Shown here piece by piece: positions 18,676 through 31,093 of a stretch of DNA of 64,000 bases (position 1 is the stretch's first letter; every line of letters starts with the position of its first letter). The position numbers were made by a program, and so were the translations under genes. The notes beneath the pieces were generated by a model. The model was not told the origin of the DNA, ran no database searches, and worked only from the letters and a program-made list of their open reading frames with translations. Source of the stretch: the human T2T-CHM13v2.0 reference genome, Homo sapiens. The DNA lies in NCBI RefSeq assembly GCF_009914755.1, contig NC_060934.1, one strand, 5' to 3'.

Positions 18676-19559
18676 TCTTTTGTAAGGGCACGAATTCCAA
18701 CCTCCCAAAAGCCCCACCTCCTAATACCATTACCTCAGGGGTTAGGATTTTACATAAGTTTTGGGAGACACAAACATTCAGACCATAGAAGTGGTAGAGA
18801 GAGCTTGAGCAAAACCATGATTTAACATGTCTACTCTCCAGGAGATACAGGAGGGCAGAAATGGAGAAGGGCTAAGAGAGGATTTGACTCCCAAAGAGAC
18901 TCTGGGAACCCAGCCTGGTGATAATTGGGACTGCAATATTAACAAGCTGTAAACCCATCACTTCCACGAATCACTTTTGAGTTTGTCCATTTAAATGGCA
19001 GGCTGTGAGCAATTTGGATCTACATCCATTTTTACCAAAATTAACTCCAACTTAAAAATCAGAGTTGGGGGAAGATAGTGTGTTGTTTTTCATAACTTCA
19101 AATTTTCCTAAATGCCTATCCTGCTTGGGAATGGTGTAACTGGTCAAGGTTACTAATAATTACATGTGAGGCCGTTCTAATCACATGCAGTGTAAACTGT
19201 CGTTTGGCCTAGCTGAGGTTCCTCATGGATTGTGGATGGGGCAAGGTCCAGACCTCTCAGTGGTTCTAAACTTGACCTCACCACCACTTGCCCTGCAACG
19301 CTGAGCACATCAGCTCATGTCTGTGGACCTCAAAGTCCAATGTTGTACAGGGAGGGTGTGGTCTAGAAATCTAAAGTCCCTTCAGTTCTAAGTGTCTATC
19401 ATGTCTTGGCACATTTCTGCCTTTCAAAGAGATTTCACAGAAATTACAAACCAATCAATTAAGCCAGAGAAGGACAATTGTGCACAGCATTTGATAGATC
19501 CTAAAACCCTCCCGAGAAGCTGATTTGAGTTGTGGCAATTGCCAGGCCAGAACCAGGCA

Positions 19560-19770
19560 TCTCACTCATTCATTCATTCGACAAATGTCTGTTGAACACC
19601 TACTATGTGGCTACATTTCTCTAGATGCCAGCAATGCTGCAGGTAAAAAAAACCCACCAAAAATCCCTCACAGAGCTTACATTCTAGTGATAGGAGACAC
19701 GGTAAGCAAGACAAATCAGTCAAAGACTTAGTATGCAAGATAGTGAAAGTGCTGGAGAAGGACGATAGGA
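19560..19770. mobile_element. L2 3'-end fragment
   Basis: CATTCATTCATTCGACAAATGTCTGTTGAACACCTACTATGTG...GAGCTTACATTCTAGT. Confidence 0.75.
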
Positions 19771-20806
19771 AAGTGTGTGTGTTTACGAGTAGCAGGTGTG
19801 AATTGAAATTTGAGACAGGGAGCCTACACCTGCTGCTGTCCCAGTTCCTGAATCATCCAACCACACTGGGCTGGGCAGACAAGTGGCAGGCTAAAAAGGA
19901 CATGAGCTCAATCTGGGGTCCTGGAGTCTTATTCTTGCACTGATGCTCCTGAGCCCATGGTCTTAGGAAAGTTCTTGACCTCTTGGAGTTTAATGTCATC
20001 TGCAGCAGAGTGGGAATTATTAATAACAATCTGCCTCCTGGCTGCTGCGTGTCAAGTGCATAGTGTGGGGCCTCATGCCGAGACCTTGAGTTGCCCTTTC
20101 CTGCCTCACCTGAGACAGCACACGGGGAGGCTCCCATAGCTTCAGCTGCCTTCTGTGCTCAGCCTCTCCATGTGTAAATGACACCCCCACACAGCACCTA
20201 AAGGGGCCAGCAAGGCTGAGCTTTCCTTGTCTTGTCTTAGTGAGCAAGGGACCTCCCAGTGTCCCTTTGGGAATGATGATGCTTTATTGGCACCTGCAGG
20301 GAGCACCCTTCCCTCTTCTAGATGTGGAAGACAATGAGCTCAGGGGGTCCAGGCCCCCTCCTCCAGGCCACGCTCCCCACTGCAGCTGGAGAGTACCCCC
20401 AAAGTGCCTCTCCGAGCCAAGCCCTCAGTCCCCTCGGTCCAAACCGCTCTCCCGTGAGGCCCTCCTACCCCTGCCCCTCCATCTCCTCCTCACACCCTGA
20501 CACAATTGCAGACTCTGGACTGATCTTTCTCCTCAGCCACTGCTCCCCTGCCTGCATCACCAAATCACCGGCACATACTTGCCTTTGAGGCTCAGCTCAA
20601 AGTGCCCAGGGATGCTGAATAAATGAATGGAAATGGACCCACTCACTCAATCCCTTGCCTGGCCAGGGAGACAGCGTAGGTGAAGGAAGCTCAGTACACA
20701 TGGAGCCTTCCAGCTGCATGGCAGCCTCCTGCAACCCTCCACAGCCAAAGGAAGATTGCACACATATTCAGACCCAGCTTCTCACACAGAAATTATTTCC
20801 ACAATA

Positions 20807-20812
20807 TTTATT
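20807..20812 (-). terminator. Probable ZNF488 polyadenylation signal (AATAAA on the - strand), inside an L2 fragment
   Basis: TTTATT on +, about 2.3 kb downstream of the ZNF488 stop. Confidence 0.6.
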
Positions 20813-22154
20813 ATGCACCAACAATATGCCATGCCCTGTTCTGGGCACCAGGGATGCACAGTAAACAAACCAATCTCTGTTCCCAAGGAGCTGACAGTGT
20901 GGAGGCAGCAAATCAACAAGACGACAAACAGAAAGATGGTTGCAGATGGTGAGACATGCTGTGAAGGAAGCAACAGGGTGATGCGGCTGAGAGAGGCAGA
21001 GGCTGCAGGGCTGCTTTACGGGGAATCTGGGAGACCTCTCTAAGGAGCTGACCTGCGAGAAGAAGCCCTGTGGAACCATAGCAGGAGCAGCACCATGAAG
21101 AGCTAGATAGAAAATGTTGAATGAAGCCCAGGCTTGAGAAACGGCACCAGAGCTGTGGTCAGAACACGGGAGCAGACAGTGGAACAGCAGCGAGGTGGTA
21201 TAGCGGGGTCCCCTCTGCCCACTGCCACCTGTGGGCCTCATAAGGGCAAGCTCGGCCCATGAAGGTAGCAGGTATAGCTTCAGGGAAGTGTCAGAAACAC
21301 TGGAAGTGTTATAGCATCATCTGCAATTGACTCATTGTAGAAATGGAAAGGAAACAGCTCTTGCCTTCCAGGGCTATTGTAGGACTCACTATAACATCTG
21401 TATTCTTCCAGTGCTTATGCTATTGCCTGGCACACAGGGAGAGTGAAATGAGTGCTTGCAATTAACATGAGGCAGGGACTTGTTCATGAAGCAGCTGGCA
21501 GGTCCTGCTGGGGTTAGGCCTGTAAGTGTGAAGGGCAGCCACAGGGTTGGAGGCATCATCTGAGTTACACTTTCAGAAGATTATCTGGTTGTGTGTGTGT
21601 GGACAATGGATGCGTGCATGGTGAGAGGCAGGAATGGAGGGAGCGAGGACATCAGAGCAGCCAGGTGGGAGTGCTGCTGCCTGGAACGGTGGACAGAGGA
21701 GAGCAATAGAAGAGGTGCAGTCTGGGAGGCTGGCTGAGATCCCCACCTGCTCAGCTGGGCTTATTCCCAGCCACAAGCCTGAGATCTGTGCTGGGGACTC
21801 ATTGGAGGGCTGGAAACTGCATATCAAAAGAACAATATCTGACAGTGAGGTGGAAACCAGTGCAAAAACGACACTGGCTTGGAAACTCCCCACAAAGGGC
21901 TTTCACGCAGACTGACCTGTGGAATGTCAAAGAGTACAGCCTGGGCTCCACACATCCTTAGGAACAAGGGCTGATGCGGGTACCTACAACAGCTACTGAC
22001 CGAAACGCAGTAGATAATAAATGGTACCTAGAATGCTCCCCAGCCTCACGATCTGGAAGCCTAGTTTTTGCACATGTCCTATTCTTGGAAGGTAAAACAG
22101 CATGTGTGTAGGTGGTGGGGAGGGGGTTCTATTTCCCCGTATTCATATACTCAC

Positions 22155-22600
22155 AATGTGAAGAACTATGGACCAGGTATTGGCTGGAATTACCTGTCCC
22201 AATTCCTCACCCTCCTGTGGAGGGGATGGATGGTCACTCCCTTGTCACAGCTTCACCAAGGGCAGCCTACACTTTTCCACTCCTTAATATTGGGCCTGGT
22301 CCTGCCACTTGTATGGGCTGAGAGGACATTGGCAATGTGACCCAAGCAGAGGCTTGAGGTGTGCTTGTTAGACTCACCCTCCTGTGTTCTTGGCATGACC
22401 ACGAGAGAAGCGTGCTCGCTCTGGGTAGCCCACCAGCCGAAGAAGAAAACGAATATGACTTGATCAAATCTGAGACTTGCTGCCAAGCCCAGCCAAGCTC
22501 AGCTTAACCTGAGCCAACCCACAGACTCACGACTTAGGCAGATGCTTTAGCTTGTCTGCCATGGAGATCTTGTTAATAACAATAGCTAACTAGTACAGAC
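22155..22600 (+). mobile_element. Old MLT1-type MaLR LTR within the ZNF488 3'UTR
   Basis: MLT1-like body ending TTGTTAATAACAATAGCTAACTAGTACA. Confidence 0.65.
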
Positions 22601-23103
22601 ATCATCACAAACCTTGTTGACTCAGTGCTCAGGGTCTGCAGGCAGAATGCTGGCCACTTTCCACACACCTTTCATGTGACCTGAATGCCAACCTAAGACA
22701 CAGTGTTATCATCTCCATTTCACAGATGAGAAAATGGGGACTCAGCAGGTTAAAGCTCTTTGTCCAGGGTCACAGCTAGTATGTGAAAGAGCCCAGATTC
22801 GAATCCAGGCTTGTGTGCCTCCAAAGCCCATGATGTGTGCCAGGAGTTGCCCCTGCTCTCTGTGCCTGTTAGGGCCTCTACCCTGGATTTGCAAAGCCCA
22901 TCACTTTATTTCAGGACTTCATTTCCTTCAAAACACATCATGCAGGTGTGGCTTTTTCAAATTATGCCTGAGCTGTTTATCTATGAATGCCAAAAGCAGC
23001 AGCTCTGCAAAGGACCATGACAGCCCCCTCAACGCAGGCCCAGGGAGCCCCCCTCTGCCAAAGGCTGGCTGCTGCACCCAGCAGGTCATTCTGCGGTCAC
23101 CTG

Positions 23104-24126
23104 CTAGCTGTGAGAAGTCATGTGCCGGGAGAGGTGGTGGCGCTCCCGGAAGTGCTCCTGGCACACAGGGCAGGCAAGGGCCTCTTCTCTCCGCTTCTGA
23201 GAATGTGGGTCAGGCCCCGCATGCTCCTTTTTGTGGTGGGATCGCATGTGAAAGACCAGGTCGGACGTTAGGCGAAAGGACAGGTTGCACTTTGCACACC
23301 AGTTCTGGGTGGACAAGCCCAGGGAGGTGAGGGTGGGTGGCAGGAGGGCCCACGAAGTGGTGGAGGATGATGAGGGTGGGGGCACCTGGGCCTGGGTATG
23401 CTCCAGCCACAGTGTAGGGGCACCCAGAAAAGTGCTACAGAGTGGAGCATTCTGTGGCAATGCTTGCAAGTTCCACAAATCACCAACCAAAAGCTTGGGA
23501 GTTGAAAGTCGACCCCAACAAGCGAGGTCTGTAGTGTTGAGGAGTCCAGACAGCTCCCCCAGGGCATCTGCAGATTCCCCTGCAGGGAAGACTGAGGTTA
23601 GCTCAGGCCTCTCTGCTGGTCGCTTGGTTGGTTTGCTAAAGGCGCTTCTTTGCTCACTTCGTGCTCCGCTGGGCCACACAGAGAAGACTTTGCTGCCAGC
23701 TGGGCCTCTGGGGATGTTCTGGGTCAGCTGTGGGGCACCAGGTTGGCCTGTGGGGTCATCGTGCTCCCTCTCCTGGGCCTGAGCATCCACCTGCCGGTCC
23801 TTCATCCTCGGCAGCTCCGTGAAGGCGCTCTGCCTCTGCTCTCCACGTGTCTTCGGGGGCAGCGGCTTGCCAGGTCGGGGCTTGCCTGGGGCTACCAACA
23901 GTGCCAGCTCCGCACTGCCCACATCCCGGCCCGCCCTGCCCACAGCAGCCTCAGGGCCCAGGCGGTTCGTCTTCTCGAGCAGCACTGGCTTGCAGCCCCG
24001 GCCCAGCTCAGGTTCGCTAAGTCGCCATCTGTTTTCAGCCGATGGGCTCAACGGGGCTCCCTTCCCAGCTGCCATGGTGATCACCAGGGCCGGGGCCACA
24101 GATAAGCAAGGTGGCCACTCTGGCAT
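23104..24126 (-). CDS. ZNF488: Zinc finger protein 488 (340 aa, two C-terminal C2H2 fingers, PRDM8-related)
   Basis: MPEWPPCLSVAPALVITMAAGKGAP start; CAKCNLSFRLTSDLVFHMRSHH and CPVCQEHFRERHHLSRHMTSH fingers; whole CDS in one exon whose acceptor is CTTCCTCTCTCTGCAG| (exon starts at 24234). Confidence 0.97.
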   Translation of the reverse strand: MPEWPPCLSVAPALVITMAAGKGAPLSPSAENRWRLSEPELGRGCKPVLLEKTNRLGPEAAVGRAGRDVGSAELALLVAPGKPRPGKPLPPKTRGEQRQSAFTELPRMKDRQVDAQAQEREHDDPTGQPGAPQLTQNIPRGPAGSKVFSVWPSGARSEQRSAFSKPTKRPAERPELTSVFPAGESADALGELSGLLNTTDLACWGRLSTPKLLVGDLWNLQALPQNAPLCSTFLGAPTLWLEHTQAQVPPPSSSSTTSWALLPPTLTSLGLSTQNWCAKCNLSFRLTSDLVFHMRSHHKKEHAGPDPHSQKRREEALACPVCQEHFRERHHLSRHMTSHS

Positions 24127-27100
24127 TCATCAGTCTTTGGGGGTTTGGGGTTCTGGAGGGCTTGGCCCAGCAAGGAGCCATGAGATATGGAAGCTCCCCA
24201 TGACACTGGGCTGGACACACTCGGCCACAGGGCCCTGCAGAGAGAGGAAGCGACAGGCAGTGAGATGGGCATTCATCACTCAGGCACAGTGCATCATGAG
24301 CTGGCATCAGACAGGACCCTGATGCTCAGGCCTCCTCCGCTGTCTGTGGGATGGGTGTGCTGACTGCACCACCTCTCAGGAGACAAGGAGCATGGATGGC
24401 ACCATCCTCCAGGGCCCACCTCCCTGAGGCAGAGTAGGGACTGAGGTCTCTGCTGAAAATGCCCATGGGCAGCAGCCTCTACAGCTCAGTAGAGAGAAAC
24501 GTAGGATTCCCCTGTCAAAAGTGGTTCCTGGGGATTAACCAGGCATGAAATGGAGAGTCTGCAGGGGAAGGGAAAGAGCCTGCTCTGGGGGCTGCATTAG
24601 GGCCTTGGGGGCCCTTCAGAAGTTTCTGGGTCATCTGTCAACAAGTAGACTCCATCATGAGGAAGCCATGCACCCTCAGCCCCTGCTCCATGCTCGAGCT
24701 ACCTCTGGCCCTGGCTGAGTGCTGAGGGCACAGGGAGGCCGCAGCATGAGGGTCGCAGTGTTGGAGGACCATGGACTTCATGGTCTTTGCTCCTCATGCA
24801 GCCCTCTCTGTCCCGACCCTAATTTCAACCCATTGCTCCTCGGTCTACCAGACCTGCCTCCCAGCCTGGTGGCCCCTTTGTCCACATCACATGCCCTGTC
24901 AGCTTCTGCGCGGTCTCTGATTTTCTCAGAGCCATGCTTCTTGTGAGAGTCAAGTGTCCCCACTCTTCCCCCAACTCCCAAGTACATGTGGGCAGCTTCA
25001 TTCCCATCGTACCTGTGAACTCATTCCAAAATGCACCTCAGGCACAGTCTCCCCTTGAGGCTTGCCCAGTGCTCTCAGACACAGACAACACTCCCTCCTC
25101 CATGCCCTCACTGTCCTGGGCACCAAAGGCCTGCATGCACCACGTGCAACATTATATTTACTTGTTTGTGGTCTGCTAGAAGGCAAACTCTAAGAACCCA
25201 AATATGTCAATTCACCTTCACATCTGTAGTACTTAATCAAGCCTGCAACAGGACAGGAGCTCAGGAAGCCTTTGCTGAATGAATGAATGAATGAATGAAT
25301 GACAGGACAGCAACTGTTAGAAAGAAGTCAACTTCCTCCTCCCAAAGAGTGTGGAGACCTGCTCCTGCACAGAGAGGAGAATGTGAGCCCTCCATATTCC
25401 CATAGGGCCAAGGGAGGAGACATCCGCATGGTGAGAAGGGCGAGGAGCCTACTGCAGCCTGCCTCTGAGCTTCTCCACCTCCTGCTCCTTCCCTGTGCTC
25501 CTTGCTGGGCACTTGGCCCCTGCCCAGTCCATAGCTCAGGCGCAGGTGGGGAAACCACTAGCTGTAGCAGAAGGGTATGCTTTGCTTTCCAACTCTGATG
25601 TAAAATCAAACTATGAAGCTCCACCAAGGGCGTCCAACCTATTCCCATTTCCTCATCTCCCCTTGGTTCCAACCCCAGTGAGAACCCACCCAGCTTTTCC
25701 TTAGGGAAATAGCCCACCAGCCTGTATTCTGAGAGCTCTCTAAGAATACAGCTGATTGGCCTGTGGGTGCCAAGAGTCACCTTAAGGGTGGAGGTCACAC
25801 AATGGCCTGGAACTCTGAAAGTACTCTCCCTCAGGCGCTGGACTAACAACAGTCTGACCATGGCTGGAAGAGGCAGGCTGAAGGGTCAGATCTGCCTAAC
25901 AGGAGAGGGAAATGAGGCATGGTTTATAGTGGTGAAAGCAACAAGCAAGTAAATGCGTAACTCCAGAGACATGGTGAACAAAGCAGGATGCATACGCAAG
26001 ACGAAGCACTGTGCAGCCTCGGACAGTGATGCTCGCTATGCTTATGAACGAATGCTGAGGAGGCAAAAGGACAAAAAGATTATAGATTTGGTGTAACCTA
26101 TTCTATGCACACACACACACAAAATGCATACACCAAAGGAAAAACCCCAGGAGGAAACACAGAAAATGACCACCAGGTCATTTGTTCATTGATTCCCTCT
26201 TCCGTTCATTCCGCAAGCATTCACTGAGAGCATGCAGCATGCGGGCCCTGTGCGAGGCGCGGTAGTGACAGTGGTGATGAGGCAGTCCTGAGTTCAGCTG
26301 TACAGAACACAGGGACCTGCACATGTGCCAGTGTTGCAAACAGGCAATGGTGGCATCTAAACTGAGCTCTGAGGACCCAGAAGGGACTGCCCAGGGTTCA
26401 CAAGAAGCTTGCATGGGGCCTGTGGTGTGGAAAACCTGAGGGCTCTCTGGGGAACTGAGCCTAACATAGTTCTGCAGTGGGAGAGTGCCCGGGGAGGGGC
26501 AGGATCCAGAAGCCAAAATAAAATGGACCTGACTGTTTTTAGAAATAAATGATTCATTTTTTAAGTGTGGCTATAAAGACTACGCAATAGTATGGGAAAA
26601 AAAAGCTTATAATACAATGTTAGTGTCAGATATAAACATGTTGTAAAACAAAACAGGAAAAAAGCCTATCTACCAAATAAACAAAAACATGAAAGAAAAC
26701 ATACCAAAGCAATAGATATGTGAAAAATAATTTTTACTATGTACATACACCATATAACATATAGTATACATAGTATGTATACATAATATACCATATAATA
26801 CACTATATATGTAATGTGCTATATACTATGATGATGCTAGTATCATGGAATTTGGGGGAGTTTTTTCTCAACTTTCCAATATTTTCAAACTACTCTAGTC
26901 TTATTTTAGCATTTTGTTTTGTTCTGCAGTCAACTGTTTTAAAGGCGGCAGTGCCCTTTTCTGCTTGGTCGGGGTCAGAATTCTGTAAGGGATTCTCACG
27001 GCCCAGTGGAGCTGAAGCCTCTGTGACTTCAGAGATGCTACTTTCCTAACTGCTCCAGGAAATCATTCTGAGGTGAATTCCTCCCACTGTCTACTCTCCT

Positions 27101-30100
27101 TTGGAAAAGAGGAGTCCTAGCCCCCACGCTGGAGTGCTCTGGCTGGAGTTTCCTGGGAGCGGAGGGGCCTTCCCAGTGGGTGGACTATTTCTCATGGGGG
27201 CTTCACAGTCTGTTTCACACTGCCTAGAGAGACCCCTCCTCTGCCAAGCCTGGAACTGAGCATTCCCTGGGCCACAGGAACAAAAGGAGAGCTTTGGAAG
27301 AAGGGTGAAATGCCTGGGCACTCAGATCAGATCAGATCAGCTTTTAGGCAAAGTGCATTTCATTTTCTGTTCATTCATTCACTCAGTAAACATGCAAAAA
27401 GCACCTACTATGTGCCAGGCTCCAGTCTACATAAGACTGGTGACTCTCAACACTGACTGAATTCTAAGTAGTTGGAAATGACTGGAGAGTAGGGTGAGTG
27501 TGCAGTGTGGCCTGGAGAATGCATGTGGAGTTCAGAGTAGGAAGGTCCCCTGTGGAGGCCCAGAGAAAACTTCAGGGCTAGATGCAGTCCTGAAACAGCA
27601 GCCCTGGCCCTGCCCATGCTTGAATGCAGGAAGAGAACCTGAAATGTGGGGACAAAGAGCAACTGGCCAAGAACAGAGCCGGTGATGCTCAGGGGAGGGA
27701 CACCCTCCTGTCAGCCCTCCCCACCCACCCCTTCTATGCACCAGCCTGTATCCAGTAACATGTCGCAAGGTCTTTGCTGGAAGCTCAAGCCTCCTCTGCT
27801 TTCTAAGCATGGAGAAGACAGAGACCAGTGTGAAGTATAGGTCAAGAAAAAAAATAAAGAGAAGGAGAAAACAGAGAAAATGCATAAAGATTCCCAGCTT
27901 TAAACCTTCTTCCACCTCCATCGTTGCCCCAAATTCCTCCAGGGCTCTCTGTCATGAAAATTTCAGAAAGTGCATGAGAAAACTTTGCAAATGAAGTCAG
28001 GGGTCACAGGCAGGGGAAAGTACTGGTCTCAGACTAGGCCAGATAAAGAAAAATATCAAAGACATCAGGAGAGCACCGACCTCGCCCATGGGATGCCTGC
28101 CGCAGTGAGATGCCACGCACCTGGCCTAAGTGAGAGGTGGACACACTCCCCTGGCAGCCACCATCTGGGGGTTCAACCTCATGTGTGTCCAGAGCTCTTG
28201 ATGGGTGATGGAGGGATGGGCAGAGGCTGCTTCATCCCCACTGGAATCAGGCACCTCCTGCCGGGTGTTGACACAGATGTGAGGAAGGAAGGAAGCCACA
28301 CCTATGGCAGACTGAGCTCTGTGGCTTACTCTGCCTTGGCGTGTCATGGGGCCACTGACCCCCATCACACTAGATTTTTCCAACCCCAGCAAACACACAG
28401 AACTCAGCCACCCTCACAGAGTCTCAAAAATAAAGGCTCTAGTGCTTGGCAAGTAAGAAATTAGGTCCATGCATGTGGCAAAAGTTAGACACAGTGAGCT
28501 TTGCTGGTTTTTCCCTCTGTTTTCCTTCCTCGGCAACATTCTTAAAAGAAAAATCAAAATAGTAATTACAACAAAAATGTCCTTGTTATCCTTCAGAGAG
28601 CACGGCACTGTATTTTCTTCACTCTAATGACTATTGCATCTATTTCCAAGCTTCAGACTATTAATAATACACAGGAATACCAAGAAGCAAATTAAAACAG
28701 AAAGGCACAAAAAGTAGAATGGGAAAGACGTGGGTTTGAATCTCACCTCCACGCATTTATTATGGAGCTTCAGTTGTGTAATGCAACTTCTCTGAATACT
28801 GGGCAATCGTGAAATGAGTGGGAACATAATGCATTTAAATAGGATAATAATATCTAGAAGGAGGCTCCCACCTCACCCGGCCCATGTCAGTGCCTCAGGA
28901 ACGTTCATTTATTTCTTTGTGATCAAGGGACAGGAACAAAATGTACGGCATGGAGAAGTAAACAAAAGAATCAATGACTGTACACAGCCATGCTGCTGGG
29001 ACATGGGACACCTTCTCCAAGCCCAAGATGGAGAGAGGCAAAGTCTTCCATAGACGGAACATCACTCTCCTAACTAAAATAGTTGCATTCTCAAAGATAC
29101 AAAATGTGCCACTTTCTTAACTGAATAAACGCAGGCAGCATGGCGAGGAAGGACGGCCCAGCAGGCCTTGCCCAGTGTACCCTGAGAGAACACCAAACAT
29201 TCTGCTCTTAGGTGCTCCATCCACCTACACTGTTTTATTCCCATGCCTTCACCAGATGTTGAAATGTGCTGCCAAATCAAACCTAGACGTAAGACAAACC
29301 AAAATAACAAGGAAAGCTTGCTGGTTAAGACTGAGAAACAGCGTGGGGTGGGCAAAAGCTAAGATGCTCGGGTATGAGTCTCAACTTCAGTGTTTCTAGA
29401 TGGCCTTGGGCAGGTCCTTGTCCTTCAAAGATCTTGCTCAGCTGCAAAATGAGGAGGCTGCACCAGGTGTCCTCTATGGTCCTAAATACTATAAGGCGCC
29501 GAGTGACATCTTTATGTGGCATTATGATGCATCTTTTGTGATCAATCTGGTTTTTTAGACATTATTTTGACAAGCTAAAGGGCAAAAAATGCAGATCTAA
29601 TAATCAGCTGTGACACAGCATGATACTTCTGTCAGCCATAGCCATACCCAGACTAAGTTGCTCTTCTAATGTTCATGAATATTCAAATACAAACAGGACT
29701 GTGGACTCCTTCTAAAAGAGGTGGATTAATAGGTCCCAGGAGCAGATCCCTGGTTACCTTGACACTCCACAGTGATTTCTCACATCCCTTAGGTTCCAGC
29801 AATCAGGGCTTCCCACCTGCAGACAGCAGCCTCTACCTGGGTAGTTTAAACAGAAAGGAACTTATTAAAGGCTATCATGCAGCTCATTAAATCCCTGTGA
29901 GAGCCAGAGACCAAGCTTGGGAGCTCTCCAAGGGTCAGGGTAGCCAGAAAAAAAAGCCTAACCATGCCCTGGCACTGTCTAGTAGAAACTGCTGGTACCA
30001 GCACCAATCACAAGGGACCAAACTCCTACAAAGTCCACCACAGCCACCCCACAAGTCCAGATGTCCCTGCCACCGTGAGTGACAGATATCACCTGCATGC

Positions 30101-30420
30101 CAAAGACTTCAGCTCATGGGACTCGACTGCACATCCGGGGCTGGGTGATGTATCTGGCTGCTTGTGAGGATCTGTGTCAAAGGCCTGCACCCTGGCTGCA
30201 AAAGAGTCTGGGAAACATGGATTTAGCTTCCCAACCTCTGCAGTGCAGGAAAGCCAAGTGAGATGGGGTTAGAAACAGTTGTTGACTGAACCAATGACAG
30301 TATCTGTTACTGTGGCACTTAATAAAGCTCACCCCCTGACGAAACTGAGTGGACACAGCCACGCAATTCTGTCTGAAGGTTTTCGTCTCTGCCTGCAACT
30401 TGATTTTCTTGGTATGCAGC

Positions 30421-31093
30421 CAGTGGTGTGCTGGAGCCAGCTCACAGTGGCTTGTGAGATGATCAGGAATGTTTCAAGTTAGCTGTTTTAACTCAGACAT
30501 TATTCAAAACTAAACTATACAAACTTACAGTCAAAGAAGTTATATTAAAAACACAGGCAATACATACTCAGAACCCATCATTTCCTAGTCATTCTACTAC
30601 ACATTCCCATTGCCTACGCTGTGGACGCTGCTCCACCTGCCGGTGCGGGGGCTTGCCACGGTCCACTCCTCCTCATGCCACATCCAGGGATATCGTGAGT
30701 GGCCAGAAATCAGGGAATCAGCCAGAATGGGATTATTTATGGAAATGCTATAAATCAAGGCTTGATTTCTTGTTTTGTTCATTGTCTGGACTTAAGAAAG
30801 TAATGGAAAAAAATTGTCAATAATGCAGATTAAACTGAAATTTTTGTCTTGTCGATAGCTGTTATATTGTGAATAGCTCACAAAAAGCTGAGGGACTATT
30901 CTTCTAGTATTCCGAAACTATTATGTGATTTAGGAAAGAAGTTATTTAGATCACTGACAAACAAGTGAAGTTCTGACATATGTTCATTGTTCCACTTTCA
31001 TCTTACACTTTATTGTAAATGAAAATATCACCCAAAATCCATGTTGCAGCTACATGCTGAGAACCAGCTGTTAAACACTTACCACACACCACA
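30421..31093. mobile_element. MER63-family hAT-Blackjack DNA transposon
   Basis: Ends CAGTGGTGTGCTGGAGCC... and ...TAAACACTTACCACACACCAC resemble the MER63 inverted termini. Confidence 0.75.
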
